From contig NMRA01000139.1 of the NCBI GenBank assembly GCA_002633005.1, positions 62,001 to 126,000 on the forward strand: 64,000 bases of DNA. Reading direction: 5' to 3'. Shown in pieces: positions 1-26,626 of this stretch. Source of the stretch: Phoronis australis (Eukaryota > Animalia > Phoronida). Numbering within the stretch: the stretch's first letter is position 1; every line of letters starts with the position of its first letter. The notes below the pieces were generated by a model that searched no databases, was not told where the DNA came from, and saw nothing but the letters and a program-made list of their open reading frames with translations. The translations under genes were made by a program, and so were the position numbers.

Positions 1-192
1 GGGAAATTCGTAACCCCCTAGACGTCACTTCCGGAGTAGTGCACGACTAACTGATAAAATTACGGGGAACCGTAATTATAACTGAAGCATATGTCTCAGA
101 TAATCAATAGGCGTTTATAATAGTTGTATTGGCAATACTAGGTTCACACTTAGAGCAGTTCGAGTATGTCTCCCCAACTTCCCAATGGCATC

Positions 193-489
193 TTATACGT
201 TTGCAAAGCCTGGACAACGAATGACGTAACTAAAGGCTTGCGAGCATATTTCAGTTTTTGGGAAGGTCTCATTCGGAGAAACACGCGTTCTCAATCTTAT
301 GTGTTCTGGAAATTGTTTTAGGTTCATGAAAAGGTAGCCAAAGGGTTCTTTTTTGGCATCGACAAACGCGTCCTGTTTGAATCTGCTATTCCCAGGATAC
401 ATTGGCTTAGCCAGGGGCGGAATTTGTGTTTTATCCGGGATGGTTTTAGAGAGTACTGGGTAATGCGCGTTTAAGATAATGGTGGTCAT
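193..489 (-). mobile_element. Polinton/Maverick (adintovirus-like) packaging ATPase C-terminal fragment, degenerate
   Basis: Translation ILNAHYPVLSKTIPDKTQIPPLAKPMYPGNSRFKQDAFVDAKKEPFGYLFMNLKQ...IRLRTRVSPNE resembles the recalled Polinton ATPase C-terminal consensus (SLNAHYxVLFKNPRDKxQIxxLARQMYPG...DATxxPYGYLxxDLK...RLRT). No Walker A region seen upstream. Confidence 0.7.
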
Positions 490-2039
490 CTCCTTGCTTT
501 TTAGAGTTTTCTAAGTTTGAACGTTCCGGCGTCGCAATTTATGTCAATGTGAAAAAGTAAAACACACACAATTTGGTTGACAGAACTTTGTGACCTCCAC
601 TCAAATTTTCCTTAAGAACAGTAGCCAACACCACACGAAACACTTCTAGAAGCAAGGGCGCACCCAGGAGGCTCACGGGGCTAGAACAAGCCCCCCCAAT
701 TTGGGGAATTGGGAAAAAAGGTCCGCTTCAGCAAAACCAAAAGTCCGAGTTTTCGATACAAAAGTTCAAAAAGTCTACAGGAATTCTGCTCGGATGCACA
801 ATTCGTAGGTCTGAACCTAGTGGCCCGTTTTTTGTTTTTTTTTTTTTTAGTCCTCATTCATTTTTGTTAGTAAGAGGTGCGCATACCGAACAATTCGAGC
901 CCCTCAACATTTTAGGTTGGGTGCGTGTGCGCATGAGAAGGTAAAACTTAAATGGCCGCCAAGACACTTGCATTTATTGAAGCTCAAAATATGCATATGT
1001 GCACCTCAAATTGTAAGCATTCTGAAAATGCTTCACGGCACATTTACTAGTATAATAATTCCAAGTACTGTATATAAAACGGGTGCTTGGAGTAAAGTCC
1101 CCTATAAACTTTCATTCTTCTGTTGAGGGGGCGCAACACAAAAGGAGCTCGCCACCAGGATAGTCTCTTCTCATCGTTCATCCGTGATAGGCTCTTACTT
1201 TTAAGACATTTTTTTTTTTAAGAAGGCCGCGATTGCCATCAATACACTCTTTTGCTCTTTTGTCACGTTAGCGCTTTCATAATTGACAGAAGTGCAGTAG
1301 CTCACGCGGCAACCCCTGTCACCAGTTAGATCGGCGATACGTCCTTCGCTAGCCACAAGGAACATCGATATCTCCGACAATTCCATTAGTACAACGTCAG
1401 TTACAAGTCCGTGGTTGTCATCTGTGTCACGAGATTCCCACTTTTTATTTGTTAAAGAACTTTCGGGTTCGGTTTCTGCTGCATTTGTATCATACCCTGG
1501 GTCACCAGTACCATAATTGTAAATATGAATTCAGATTTTACCAATAATTTGACGTCACACACGCAATATGCATTAGTGAACTCAAGAGTTTTAATTTGAC
1601 CCCATTTTTAGGACAATGGCAAATTTTTCTAGTAACAGAGTCCGTGCATCCGTAGGACGCTTTTAATTTTAGATACAACTGTGTTTGGAAAATAAAATGT
1701 GCTTTTGACTCAAATGTTACTGAATGCAAACACCAGCATATGAACAAGATTATGCATTCCGTTTCATGTTGACACCAAAACCTACACATTCTTAGGAAAT
1801 CAAAACATTTTGCTGTTATGTGTACACCCTTAGGCAATGATTGTGCCAAACTAAGTTCAAATTTGATCTATGTCGTTATGGCATTTTTTACGTAATATCT
1901 TTTTGCGAAATGCAACATTACCATCCGTTTAGAGCATAGAAAGAATATCATCAATCGAGACGCTACACTAAAATTTCGTAAAGTCCTGCACGTGTTTTTA
2001 CTGGCAATTCAAAGCCGTGAAATAAATTCAGTACCGTTC

Positions 2040-3530
2040 AACTGTGGCGACAATTTTCTGGGTGTACCACCAGAAGTTTATTCTGATATTACATAATAAG
2101 TTTTGTTTATTTTGAACACATTTGATTACGTTTTGAAACAGCAGTACTTGGGAATCAGTTTTGACTTGAATGGTTTTCTGGAAAATGTTTTTCATGAATT
2201 TTGTTTGAAGTGAAAAGCAGATGTGTTATGCCAGTGGTGGGACAGTGCACGAAAGAGTACGGGAAACTTCTGAATGAAAAGAAAAGGTAGATCATGTATC
2301 GACCATGTTTTTTATTGACGTCTATAACTCCAAAATAGGAAAATGAAAACGTTCCCACATTTGTAACATTTGTTGATATGAAGAAGGCATTTGACCGTGT
2401 AGATAGGGATTCATTACGTTATAAACTTCTATTAAATAATATTGATGGTCATATCTATAACGCCATAAAAGCTATTTATTCCGATCCTGTAGCTCGTGTT
2501 CAGATCTCTAGAAATTGTTCCACCGACTGGTTCCCTACAAGTTTTGGTGTACGCCAAGGTGATACGCTATCTCCGACTCTATTTAGTCTTTTCATTAATG
2601 ACTTTGCTGATGAACTGAATCGGTTTAACCGTGGTTACCGTATCTCTATAGGAAATAATGTAATTAGCTCCTTGTTGTATGCAGACGACATTGCCTTACC
2701 CTCGTCACGTGAACATGACATGCAGGCCATGTTGGATCTTTTGCACACTTTGTGTAAACAATGGAGGATGTGACTGAATTTGAGTAAAACTGAAGTTATG
2801 CAATTTCGAAAGCCCCGGGTGACGAAGACCAACTTTGTCTTCAATTATACGAATAACCCGCTCACTATTATAAGTCAGTATAAATGTTCAGGTGTCGTTT
2901 TTGATTAAAATTTGCAATTCAAATAAGCTGCTGCCGCGCTAGTAGCATCTGGTGGTGCTATGGTCTCTACATTCAACTGCATGCGTGATGTTGTGTTCAG
3001 GACATTCACCACATTATATGATACGTGTGTTACTCCGATACTTGATTATTGCGCTGGTGTTTGGGGGACAGCGCTTGTTTCCTTAGTGTGATTCAATCCA
3101 AAATCAGGCCATTCGATACTTTCTTGGGCTCACAAATTTACTCAAATCGCCGCAATGAATGGAGATACTGAGGGGGTGGATACCTAGTATAGTTCGCCGG
3201 AAATTGTGTATATTACGGCTCCGGGATAGACTTCTTTGCATGTCTGATAATCGTCTCACAAAGCAAGTATTTTACTGGGACCTCACGTACAGAAATGGCA
3301 ATTGGTCCGAAAGTGTTTTTCAAATTTTTACTGAGGTTGGTCAGATTGAAGCATTACATCAAAGGTCAGCTTGTGATCTGGAAAATGCCAAAATGAAACT
3401 GGTGGATCTTCCGGAGTCTGAATGGAAGGATGAAATTTTTAGCAAACCCAAGCTTAGAGCTTATAAATTTTTAAAACTAGTTATCAAACAGAAATTTTCA
3501 TATATAAGATTATTTTTCGTTCTGTGTTAG
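2040..3530 (+). mobile_element. non-LTR retrotransposon (LINE) reverse transcriptase remnant with stops and frameshifts
   Basis: ORF 2378-2773 has RT motifs (F-V-D)MKKAFDRVDR, GVRQGDTLSPTLFSLFIND and LLYADD. ORF 3159-3530 has a typical post-RT region (RLTKQVF...KPKLRAY). Interrupted by stops. The 5' boundary is approximate. Confidence 0.9.
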
Positions 3531-4245
3531 TTTTGATTAGTTTTAGGTTGATCAACGTATTCCGAAACACAATCTTAAAATTTGATAAGCCCGTTTGCAA
3601 ACGTATTATTTAATCCGTGAAACCCAGTAACCTGAGCATCGTTTATTGGAATATGAATAAACGTCGAGATCACTGGCAAACAGTCTTCTCAACTATGTAC
3701 AAATGCAAGCTATTCGTCCAGCACTGAAACTGCTGCCTAAGTGCAAACAATCGTTAAAAACGTCTACAAGGATCTCATCCATTGTTTTTGTGAAGTAGCA
3801 GGTTAGGGTAGCTATGTTCCCTAACGTCTCACGCCCATTTTCACGAAAGAAGTCGCTCTAGTCGGTTGGCGACTAGTCTTAAAAATAAGCAGAGACCGTA
3901 GAGAGGGAGACGTTTCACCTAGCGAAATCCTATTGTTAGCGTCTTTGAGATAATACACGCATTGTTGGCTTACGTAGTAAATGTCTCACGCCCTCTCGTA
4001 AAGGCTAAACGCGAGACTATCACGTGGTCTAAACTGTTAGCGCTGTCTGGTGTTGACTTTCAAATTTAGCAGACGACACAGAACTTTTTCGATCCAGTTC
4101 GACTATGAGTAGTTTTGAGTGTGGTTGCCATATTCACCAACAAGTCGCAGATTCGCGTAAACTGCATTCAACATTTACGGCTCTTGACGGCGTAGTCTAA
4201 AACCTCACGCCCAGTTCGAGACGCGCCACGTTTCAACTTCAAGTC

Positions 4246-7200
4246 ATGTCGGACACTACAACAACGCCGCCCATCAGCATGGATAAGAATATATCAAAAC
4301 AGATGTGTAAGCTGCTGTCGTTAGGTAAGTTTGTAGTAAAAGTCGGGGCCGGGATAAGACCTTATCTGATCCAAATCGCCGTCTTTTCTAACACTGATAT
4401 TTTGAAAACTGCATCGGTGCAGTTCGGACACCGGGCCCGCGTATGTGGCCGCGGGAGAGGTGCACAAATGCGTATGCATGTTTGCAAACTGTTGAGATCC
4501 TTCAGTTACTAACCAGCCAAAAAGCAGTTGCGTCCTGGTAACAGGAGTACTCAACAACTTTTTGACGGGGGAGCAGTTCAAATGGAAAATTAGCCGCTTA
4601 ACGACCAGTCCGGCGTGTACGGGACCAATGGCAATATCTTCCATAGAGTACATCAACCAAGCCGTTTTGAGGCCTCTGGAATGCACCAAATGACACTTGC
4701 CAAAATTCTCAACGTTTTCTAGCGGAGCCCCCGACCTCCAGAAGAGAGTACCCCTCCTGTACCCTTCACATTGCCGCAGACTTTGTCGACCATTTGACTT
4801 GCAATTAAGTTGAAAGCTGATCCTTCGATTTCAAAATGCATACATCCCCAGTCAAGCCAATTTACTAATGCGTTTTCTAGAAATACGTTGCTTTCCAAAA
4901 TTGGTTTTTGTCTCCTGATATAGAGTACAGCTTAACTGATATTTACACTAGACAACAAATTATGTTCTCCCACACAAATTCTTGTTACCTCCTTATGTTA
5001 AAACCTTTAAATATTGCTATAGTCATAGAAGTGTTGACAAAAAAATTGAAAGAGATGAACTTAGTAAGTGATGACAAGTGTGCATCTTGTGGAACTGTTG
5101 ACTCAGAGACATTTAACCATGTGTTTGTGTTATGTGGTTCTGTGAAAACTTTGTAGTGTGAAATTCAGAATCTTTCAATTTACGTAACTGCACAACACGG
5201 TTTAATCTTAAATAAAATGTTATTTTGGCAACATATTTTGGATGTAATTTTAAAGATATCAATCATATTAACTATTTGCCAGTATTTCATCCATAAATGT
5301 TCTAGAGACCAGATTATTCCTAGATATTCACAATTTCAATGTTTCTTATATAATTATTGTAAAGTAAAAAACCCCGTAAAACTGCCTTTTGGGAAACCCT
5401 CAATACTCATTTAGATTAGACCAACCGTGAAGTTCTATTATTTAGATACGTGCGTATGTGTGTGTGCGCCTGTGTTTCATTTGCATATATCTCATTGTTG
5501 TACATCTTAGTGTATTTAGAAATAAAATGTTAATATGAAAAAAAGTTACGAATGAATATGGAAATTGCCCTTGCAAAATAATAAAAGTTTGAACTTCACA
5601 TTAATTTGTTTGCTTGGGACTTTTTCAGAATATAATGTGGAAAAGCCTGACTTGCTACCTTTTATCGCCATGCTGAACATAATCCACCAAGAGTACGCAG
5701 TGACTAAGCCAGAAGTGTTCCATTTGCTAATAGCTGTACTCCACGATTTCAACCCTTATTTAGGCAAAGAACACAGGCAGAGGGTAATATTGTCATTATC
5801 TTAGCTACCATATTCTTAAGGCACTTTTTGAAACCTGAAGTAAAATCAAGTTTTCAAAAGCTTTTTATAGGTTGAAAACGTCAAACTTAAAGCAAACAGG
5901 TACAAAGTGTTTCTGTACTTGTTTGGCATTCTGAAAGCTGGAAAACCCATAGCTTGGGTATGAAATTGAAACTCTGAACGTGTTCATCAAGTTTTCCAAC
6001 TATACGTGTCCATGTTCAAACTAATAAATTGTTTTTGAAACTGAACATTCATTTGATTGCATGTTCATATGAACTATTGACAATAACGGACTAATTCTTG
6101 CCCTCTTGTCTCTCTTTTCCAGACCATTAAATACATTGAACTCCTCCTTGAAAGTCAGCCTGTGCTATGCGAGTACCTCACTTCCATTCTGCCCGAGCAC
6201 ACAGTCCACAACACACTGTCGGGCATGTTTGGTACTCTTCCCATTTACAAGATCTCACCACAAGTTAAAATGCAGTCATCAAGGTAAAACTCACCAAAGA
6301 AATAACAATTTTCACTTAATATCCTTCTAGCAGAATTTATTTACAAAAGAATTGAAAACTGAAATTTTCTCAACAAAAACATTTAGTGAAATATGACAGA
6401 ATTCATGTCAATAAATTTCCACCTAGAGTTAATTTCTGTGCTCTAGGTCCTGTCTGGGTAATCAGCATCACATTTTTGGTGTTAAGAGTGGGAGACAAAA
6501 TTCATCTATGTATGGCTGTTCATAGGCAAGAATGTGTTTGTTGTTTGCACCAAAAAGTGCAAATGGTGTCCTTTAGGCCCCGTCACACCAAACTTGTTCT
6601 CAGAACCTCCGAAAACCTTATGTTGTGGAAACAGCATATAAATAAAGCAAAAGGTTCAATAATCAAACGGAATGCTTTTTAAGAAGATTATGCTACTTGC
6701 TCCCCACCACCATATAATTTGATACCTATGGGTGTTACACCGCTATTTGCAGACCAACTGATTGTCTGGATATGACGTGTTCCCAAACTGATGGTCTGCC
6801 CATCAGTCATCATAGTCCAGTGTTACCTTCAGCTGGAACCATGGCCAACAATCACTCATATCCACCTTGTTTACCTGGAATGTCACAAGGTTACAAGGTT
6901 GTGACCCCTGTTTACTGCTCACCATGGTTCACAGTTTCCTCAGCAACATCTGGTGGAACAATAGCTCAGTCAACAGGTAAAACTTTCATATGACTTTTTG
7001 TTAGGCATTGTGTAAAGATTTGCCAAACATGTGGTTTGCAAATAGTTTCGAGTCCTAAGAGATTTTGTGTTTATTTTTTCTTGGTTTCTTACCTATTTGA
7101 TGAATTATCAAGTTGAAATGAATCACTAGAATCTGCATACACTAGTAAAATAGCAATTATTTTTGTAGAATGTGCTAATTGAACTGAAAACTGTTTGTAA

Positions 7201-10200
7201 AACTCACTTTGTTTTAACTGAGAAATTCTTGACTGGAGCAAGTTGAGCCTCTTTTTTGTGAAAGAGAAATTTCTGACAAAGTCTTTTGGGATATGCACTT
7301 CATAATTTCACTGCTATCACAAAAATGCAATTTGTGTTGGAACCGATCAGGTCCAAAGGAGTGTACTTGTCCCACGACTGGGCTGGTGTGGCCCAACCCC
7401 TTCAACCCACAACTATCCATATTTAAATGCAAGAAGTGGCTTGTAGTTTGACCAACGCTCTATTCTTGCAGTATCATGTCATGATTAGCATTTTCAGCCT
7501 CATGAATTAATATGTGACTAGTGTGTTTGTGCTCACACGTGCCTGTATTCCCATTAAATTTGGACACTACACTGAAGTCTTGATATAGTAAAACTTACCA
7601 CGAGCAACATTTCGTAACAATAAAAAACTTACGGAGAACTGCGAGTTCACAAATGAGCAAACGTGACGCCTACTTTAAATCCTGAAACAGTTCCTTCCAA
7701 GGTTAAAAGAAATGCCGCGTGGCTTCTAGGGTCCACTGCAGATATCAGCAAATATTGTATCATAAAGAAGCACGTTGTTCAAAAAAATATACAAAAAGTT
7801 TTTATGGAAACAAAGCATTTTGCAATAAATATCAAGAACAATGTGAAGCATTGTTATGCGTCCACCATGTTCATGGCATGGAGTGCATGTGCAAACTTAA
7901 GAATAATTATTTTTAACACTCCTGCTTAATGAGTCCACTCCAATTTAACTCAAAATTGTCTGTAGGAGACCCAAAGCAAGTCGGCAGAGCTCTCAATTGG
8001 CACACATCTGCAGGCATAAGCAATCATAAAAATTCCTACTGGTGGGGACACAGTGGTGATTGGATTCATCCGAAAATTTGTTTGTGCTATCCCATCCATA
8101 ATAGGAACAATAAGTTTCACAAACATGTCAACGTGTTTTTTAGATACAGCAGTTAAGAAATTGAAGTTTTGCTTCCTAATCTCTCTGACGAAAACTTCCT
8201 ATTATTTTGAACTCACAGTGACATACACTCTACGTGATTTTTGACAAGTGGAACCAGTGCTCCATCTTGCTTTTTGTGCTAGATATGGCCAATTTCTGAA
8301 CATACTTCAGGGTCAAACTAGCCCCGGTCTCCCCTCCTCCAGTATTTGAGAATTTCAAAAATAAGTTTGCATTCAGTTACAAGATGTTATATTGAGCCAC
8401 AGATTTATGATTTTTAAAGCTGCATTTTAAACTGTTTAGCTGACTGAAAAAAGAAAATCGAATTACACCTTTTACCCGTAAAATTGGTTTAATAATATTC
8501 CTTGCTGTGATAGGATTCAATTTCCATTATCAATAAGAGCATGGAATCCATCATGAACTCAGGAAACTGGAGGACGTAAACAAGTGTAAACAAATAAAAA
8601 CCCTAGTAATTCCAAATATAAACCAATCGTTATTTGATAGTGAAATAAACAAATAATAAAAACTATGTCTTGTTTCATGAGGGTAACAGTGAAATATTAC
8701 CATACTCATTAACATAAAAATAGTTATGCAAAATGAGACTTTGGAGAGATTGATGGTAGCTGGTTCTCTGACGGTTTCCGGTGCACTGGAGGACCCGGGG
8801 TTGTTTACATCATTATGCAGATCCACAATTTAAAGGGACTATGCATCTTTAACAACAGCTTATTTTGCTGATATTAGCCTGTATATTTTAGGCCAGAGAA
8901 TGTTCCCTAGTGTACGAATGACGACAGCATTTTGCTCACCGGTGTCGTCAGAACACAGTTATGGCAATGCGGGTCAGCGAAAGGTAAGCCTTGATAAAAT
9001 CATTCATCACTTTGCCTGCTACTATAATGTGTATTAAATTGAACAACGCGATGTCAGCAAAATTATTTTAAAGTTGTCTGCCGTGCATTTAAATTAAGAC
9101 GTTACTGTTTTGTGATTTGAACTATTTGGAATGAAAGCATTGTGTCACTTGGATTCGTTATACAGGTGTCTGCCTTCAGTTTATATGATTCACTATCAGC
9201 TGAGACAACCACACACCCTAGCTTGGACCGATTCAAGAACTCTTCCAGTTTCCCTTACACTCAACAGGTAATGTTCCAGTGTTCTTAATAATGGAAATCT
9301 ATATATTCAGAGCATCAAACGTTATTTGTAGGCCTACTCAGTGTTAAATGTTGTAACTGAATTAACACTCTAGAGACAAGACTACTCATTTACTGGATGA
9401 GAGAATGTATTTCTGTGTTTCAGTATCGCCTCCTCCTTTTGTAAAGGACATACAACAACTTATACCACAATATTAGCCTCGAATGGCAGATACAACCGTG
9501 TAATTACCCATAAAGTTATCTCACTAGTGAAATAGTGAGATAACATTTTGGCGGGAAACCGAGGCCGGATTCGAACCCGGGCCTCAAGAGTTTCGAGTCG
9601 CCGACTTTACCACTACACCACTCAGCAGCTGACGTCATCGAACGTGAAAATAGAATACTTAAACGAGCACACGCAACAATCGCATGTTCAGCAAAGGACA
9701 TTGCACTGACATTTATACGCTATGAAAAATAAGATGCATAATTTCCATAAAAACAATATTTTAATTCAGTGAAATTTTTCTCTCGAGTTCTCCCACTTGT
9801 AAATCACCGATCTCCAATTTGAATGCGGGTATCGTGTCGTCGGGATCCTTTGACTTGAGCATTATAGTCAGTTACCAGTGGTAACTTACTTTAGCAGACG
9901 ATATTTTCCCGGTCGAAGCTTAGCGTGATAAAATGTGTAGTAAGCTATAATAGTTGCTAAACCTTAATTTATAGATTCACTTTATTTCTATTTTGTTTAA
10001 ATTTTCAATTGCTTTTGAGTATAAGCATTATTTGACAAAAATAGCTCAGCTTTTCTTTCAGGCCTCTGACATAGAAAGTTGTTACAAAGCCGAGGCGGTA
10101 AAGGTAGATCGATTCATTGCAATGTTTCTCGTTCAGTATGTGGTATAAATAGATTATTACATGTTCTCAGTCGTTATCCCCCTTAATTAGAACCCGCGTG

Positions 10201-11280
10201 GATTGTGTATTATTATCACCCTCGGGCGATAATTTTCCAAAATCCACTCGGGCTCTAGAAAACGGGGGATAATGACTTCGCCATGTAATAATCTATATTT
10301 ATCATCTCAATAAGCACGGAAATGAACAGTGCACCCGTCAGATTAAAAACTTAACATACATATCAAATTTCCTGCAGTAGAAACTGAGAGGGTTTCACTC
10401 AATATTCGTCATTGCCCAGCTGATACTCGGTTAGACAACAATTCACCTGAAGTAGTTCTTTTACTAGTTGCCTCACACTTCCATATCTCCTAAAGTCTTG
10501 TAAAACATCTTGTCCATAATACCCTTAATACAACATGAAAATGTTGTTTTCTAGATTGTACTTCCTGGAGTAAAAGGCCAAAGCTTGTATTTCAATTCAT
10601 CTTCTGCTATCTTGCCAAGTGCAACAATGGTCAATACTATTGGTAGAAGCGACAATAATAAGCCATCTCAAGAATGCCTCAATGAGAAAGTACAGAAAAT
10701 CACCGGCTCCAACCAATTACCAGAAGCTGCCAAGAATGCCTTTGAAAGCAAGGACTGTGCAAACAACGAAATTCGAAACATTTACAGCAGGCTGTTTGGA
10801 ACGTCAGTCAACATGCCAAGCCCAGTTTCAAGAAATGAGAATTCAAAGATACCAAACGTTTACCCATTTGGAAGACTGACACCAACAAATCTCAGTGTGT
10901 CTTGTCCTACTATTTCCATTGAAAATGAAATTGGACCCAATTCTCATTTAAGAAATCATTTCAATATTTCAAGGTATGGAGTAAACAGCACCAAAAATGC
11001 TTATCCCTCCAGTGAGGCCTTTGACTCAAATAATGTCGAAGGTCCATCCACAGCCAGTGAAAGTCAGAAGCCCAAACGATCTTCTGATAGCATGGATGTT
11101 CTTGCACACAGCTTAAATTTGAAAGTGGCAAAAAGGGATACTTACAATTTGTCTGATTCCCGAGAGTCGGGAGATTCTGATAAGACTATGGCACACACCT
11201 TGCCAGGTGAGCGACAGCAGTCTACAATCACATGGTCGACCAAGAAAGATAAGCATAGACGGAAGAAAAAGAGACATTAA
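4246..11280 (+). CDS. uncharacterised ~525-aa protein with one N-terminal PAH (paired amphipathic helix)-like domain, low-complexity tail and C-terminal basic NLS
   Basis: Phase-consistent GT-AG exons: 4246-4324, 5629-5783, 6123-6283, 6753-6976, 8892-8983, 9166-9267, 10062-10097 (or -10103), 10555-11280. The spliced product is open throughout and ends KKDKHRRKKKRH*. AATAAA at 11377-11382. The PAH call comes from manual alignment to Sin3 PAH1. Confidence 0.75.
4860..5545 (+). mobile_element. LINE 3' end remnant (zf-RVT-like CCHC region) with poly(A) tail, in intron 1 of the PAH gene
   Basis: LKEMNLVSDDKCASCGTVDSETFNHVFVLC fits the C-x2-C...H...C motif at the end of L1/Tx1-type ORF2. AATAAA at 5521 is followed by an A-run at ~5538-5544. 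Confidence 0.65.
9550..9628 (-). mobile_element. tRNA-derived SINE head or tRNA pseudogene
   Basis: The minus strand reads GCTGAGTGGTGTAGTGGTAAAGTCGGCGACTCGAAACTCTTGAGGCCCGGGTTCGAATCCGGCCTCGGT, with an A box (TGGTGTAGTGG) and a B box (GGTTCGAATCC). The anticodon and T stems are poorly paired. Confidence 0.6.
10148..10298. repeat. ~150-bp imperfect palindrome (foldback/MITE)
   Basis: Nested complementary pairs: TAGATTATTACATG / CATGTAATAATCTA, TTATCCCCC / GGGGGATAA, TAGAACCCGCGTGGATT / AATCCACTCGGGCTCTA, around a centre ATTATCACCCTCGGGCGATAAT. Confidence 0.75.
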
Positions 11281-11905
11281 TTCAAGGATGAAATGTGAAA
11301 TTTATTTTTAGTTGTTGAAATTACTGCATTTCAGTTGCAATCTTTAAAAGATGTTCAATTTGTTGTTTTAGCTGAAAATAAAATGTTGCCTTCTTGAACA
11401 CACTGATTTACATTGTTGAAACACAAGGCTACAAAATGTGCAAATTTGATAGCAACATTGATCAATTACAACAGCCTTTTTGTCTTTCATGACAAATTTA
11501 TTTACACAAAACATTTGGCATTGTTGCCTTTAAGTGATTTTTCATTCATACACTTATTTGCACATAGCCGAGTCATTTAAAACCGCAAAGTTCTCAGTGA
11601 TAATGAAAATACTACACAGGCTACATCGCATCTCTCTGCATAAGTTGTCGCATTACCTGTTTCGGCTTACATACCCGTTCAAGTGCATACTTGCTCATAA
11701 GATGTCCTCGGATACGCCATCGTTTTGATGATGGTCCCTAAGGGGAATCCACTACATCAAATAAAAATGTAAAGACTGATCCTCAACAGGTCTTCCACTT
11801 TTCAATCTTTGCCGTCTTATAATCCACCTTTACCAACGTTTGTCGCAAACAAACAAGACTCACTTGCACATAAGTTACATTGTAAATCTTCAAAATAATG
11901 TACTT

Positions 11906-25568
<13,663 letters not shown>

Positions 25569-26626
25569 GGTCTAACTGATCACTTAGGGTGGTGCTTACA
25601 TCTGAAATGAACAAAGAATGTCACTTAAGGTCATGTAGAACCCAAGAAGAATATCCAAACTTTGCAAACTTTGGAACACCATATCTCGGAAACAGGCTCA
25701 TATGAAACTTTCAGCTGCTATGCTTTATGCATAGTTCTCCAATACTTTGACAGGAATTGTGCTTGTATTGTTCCACTTGTGAAGGCGCGGCTATCAAAAA
25801 ATAGGATTTTATATGATTTTTGAGAAAAAACCCTAAGTTGCATGCAATAACCTAAAAACTGTTACAGCATTTTTGAGACTGACTACATGTCAAACATTTA
25901 CATCAATCAAAATTCGATAGTGTTGGTGGTAATGTTGTTTTGCTGTGAATGTACCTTCGTTTTCTGCTAAATTTCATTAAGAAGACATGGTCATGTGACC
26001 CTATTAATGACAGATTGGCATTTAGCTAAACATCTACAAAGCTATAGGATTTCTGAAAACAGAAATTTTGTAGAATTGGATTTTTGATGTTATACCAATC
26101 TGTCACTAATTAGGTCACATCGCTTTTTTAGGAACATTTAGCAAAAAAAAGAAAAGGAACATTCACATATGATGCCATACCACCTGCCACACGCAGCATT
26201 AAAAATGGCCAGATTTTGGGAACTGAAATAGGGACTGATCGAAGAAAAAGTTTCATAACGGTATTTGTTCGAGTTGGAAGGACTTAAACACATCGACAAC
26301 CTCCTAAGGTGTTCCTCTATGCGCAAAAGGTATTTATAACAACGTGACTTTGATGGTTTAGTCGGTGCGAGGCATAATTCGCCGAAAAGCTTCCGGCGTA
26401 CAGAGCGCCTATAGCCTCTGCATCGCCTCTGGTTCGGGCCAACAGAGGCGATGGTCATTGCCTACACCGTCTCCTGACCGGTTCCAATCCAAGTTCAAGT
26501 TACAGTCGCCCTATCGCCACACGCTGACTGAGAGAAGTTCAGAACAAATCGACCTCTCATGAAAGGCAGTTATTATCCCCTGTGAACGAAACAGCCACTC
26601 AAATACATTTGTTCCACAAAACTTAC

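Noticed and set aside
9424-9500. Extra exon of the PAH gene after a good acceptor (TTTCAG at 9418-9423)
   Set aside because: In the required phase it hits TAA after 6 codons and has no convincing donor. It could be a poison or alternative last exon, but nothing supports this.
9550-9628. Functional tRNA-Ser(CGA)
   Set aside because: The anticodon and T stems do not pair properly and there is no long variable arm. It is better explained as a SINE head.
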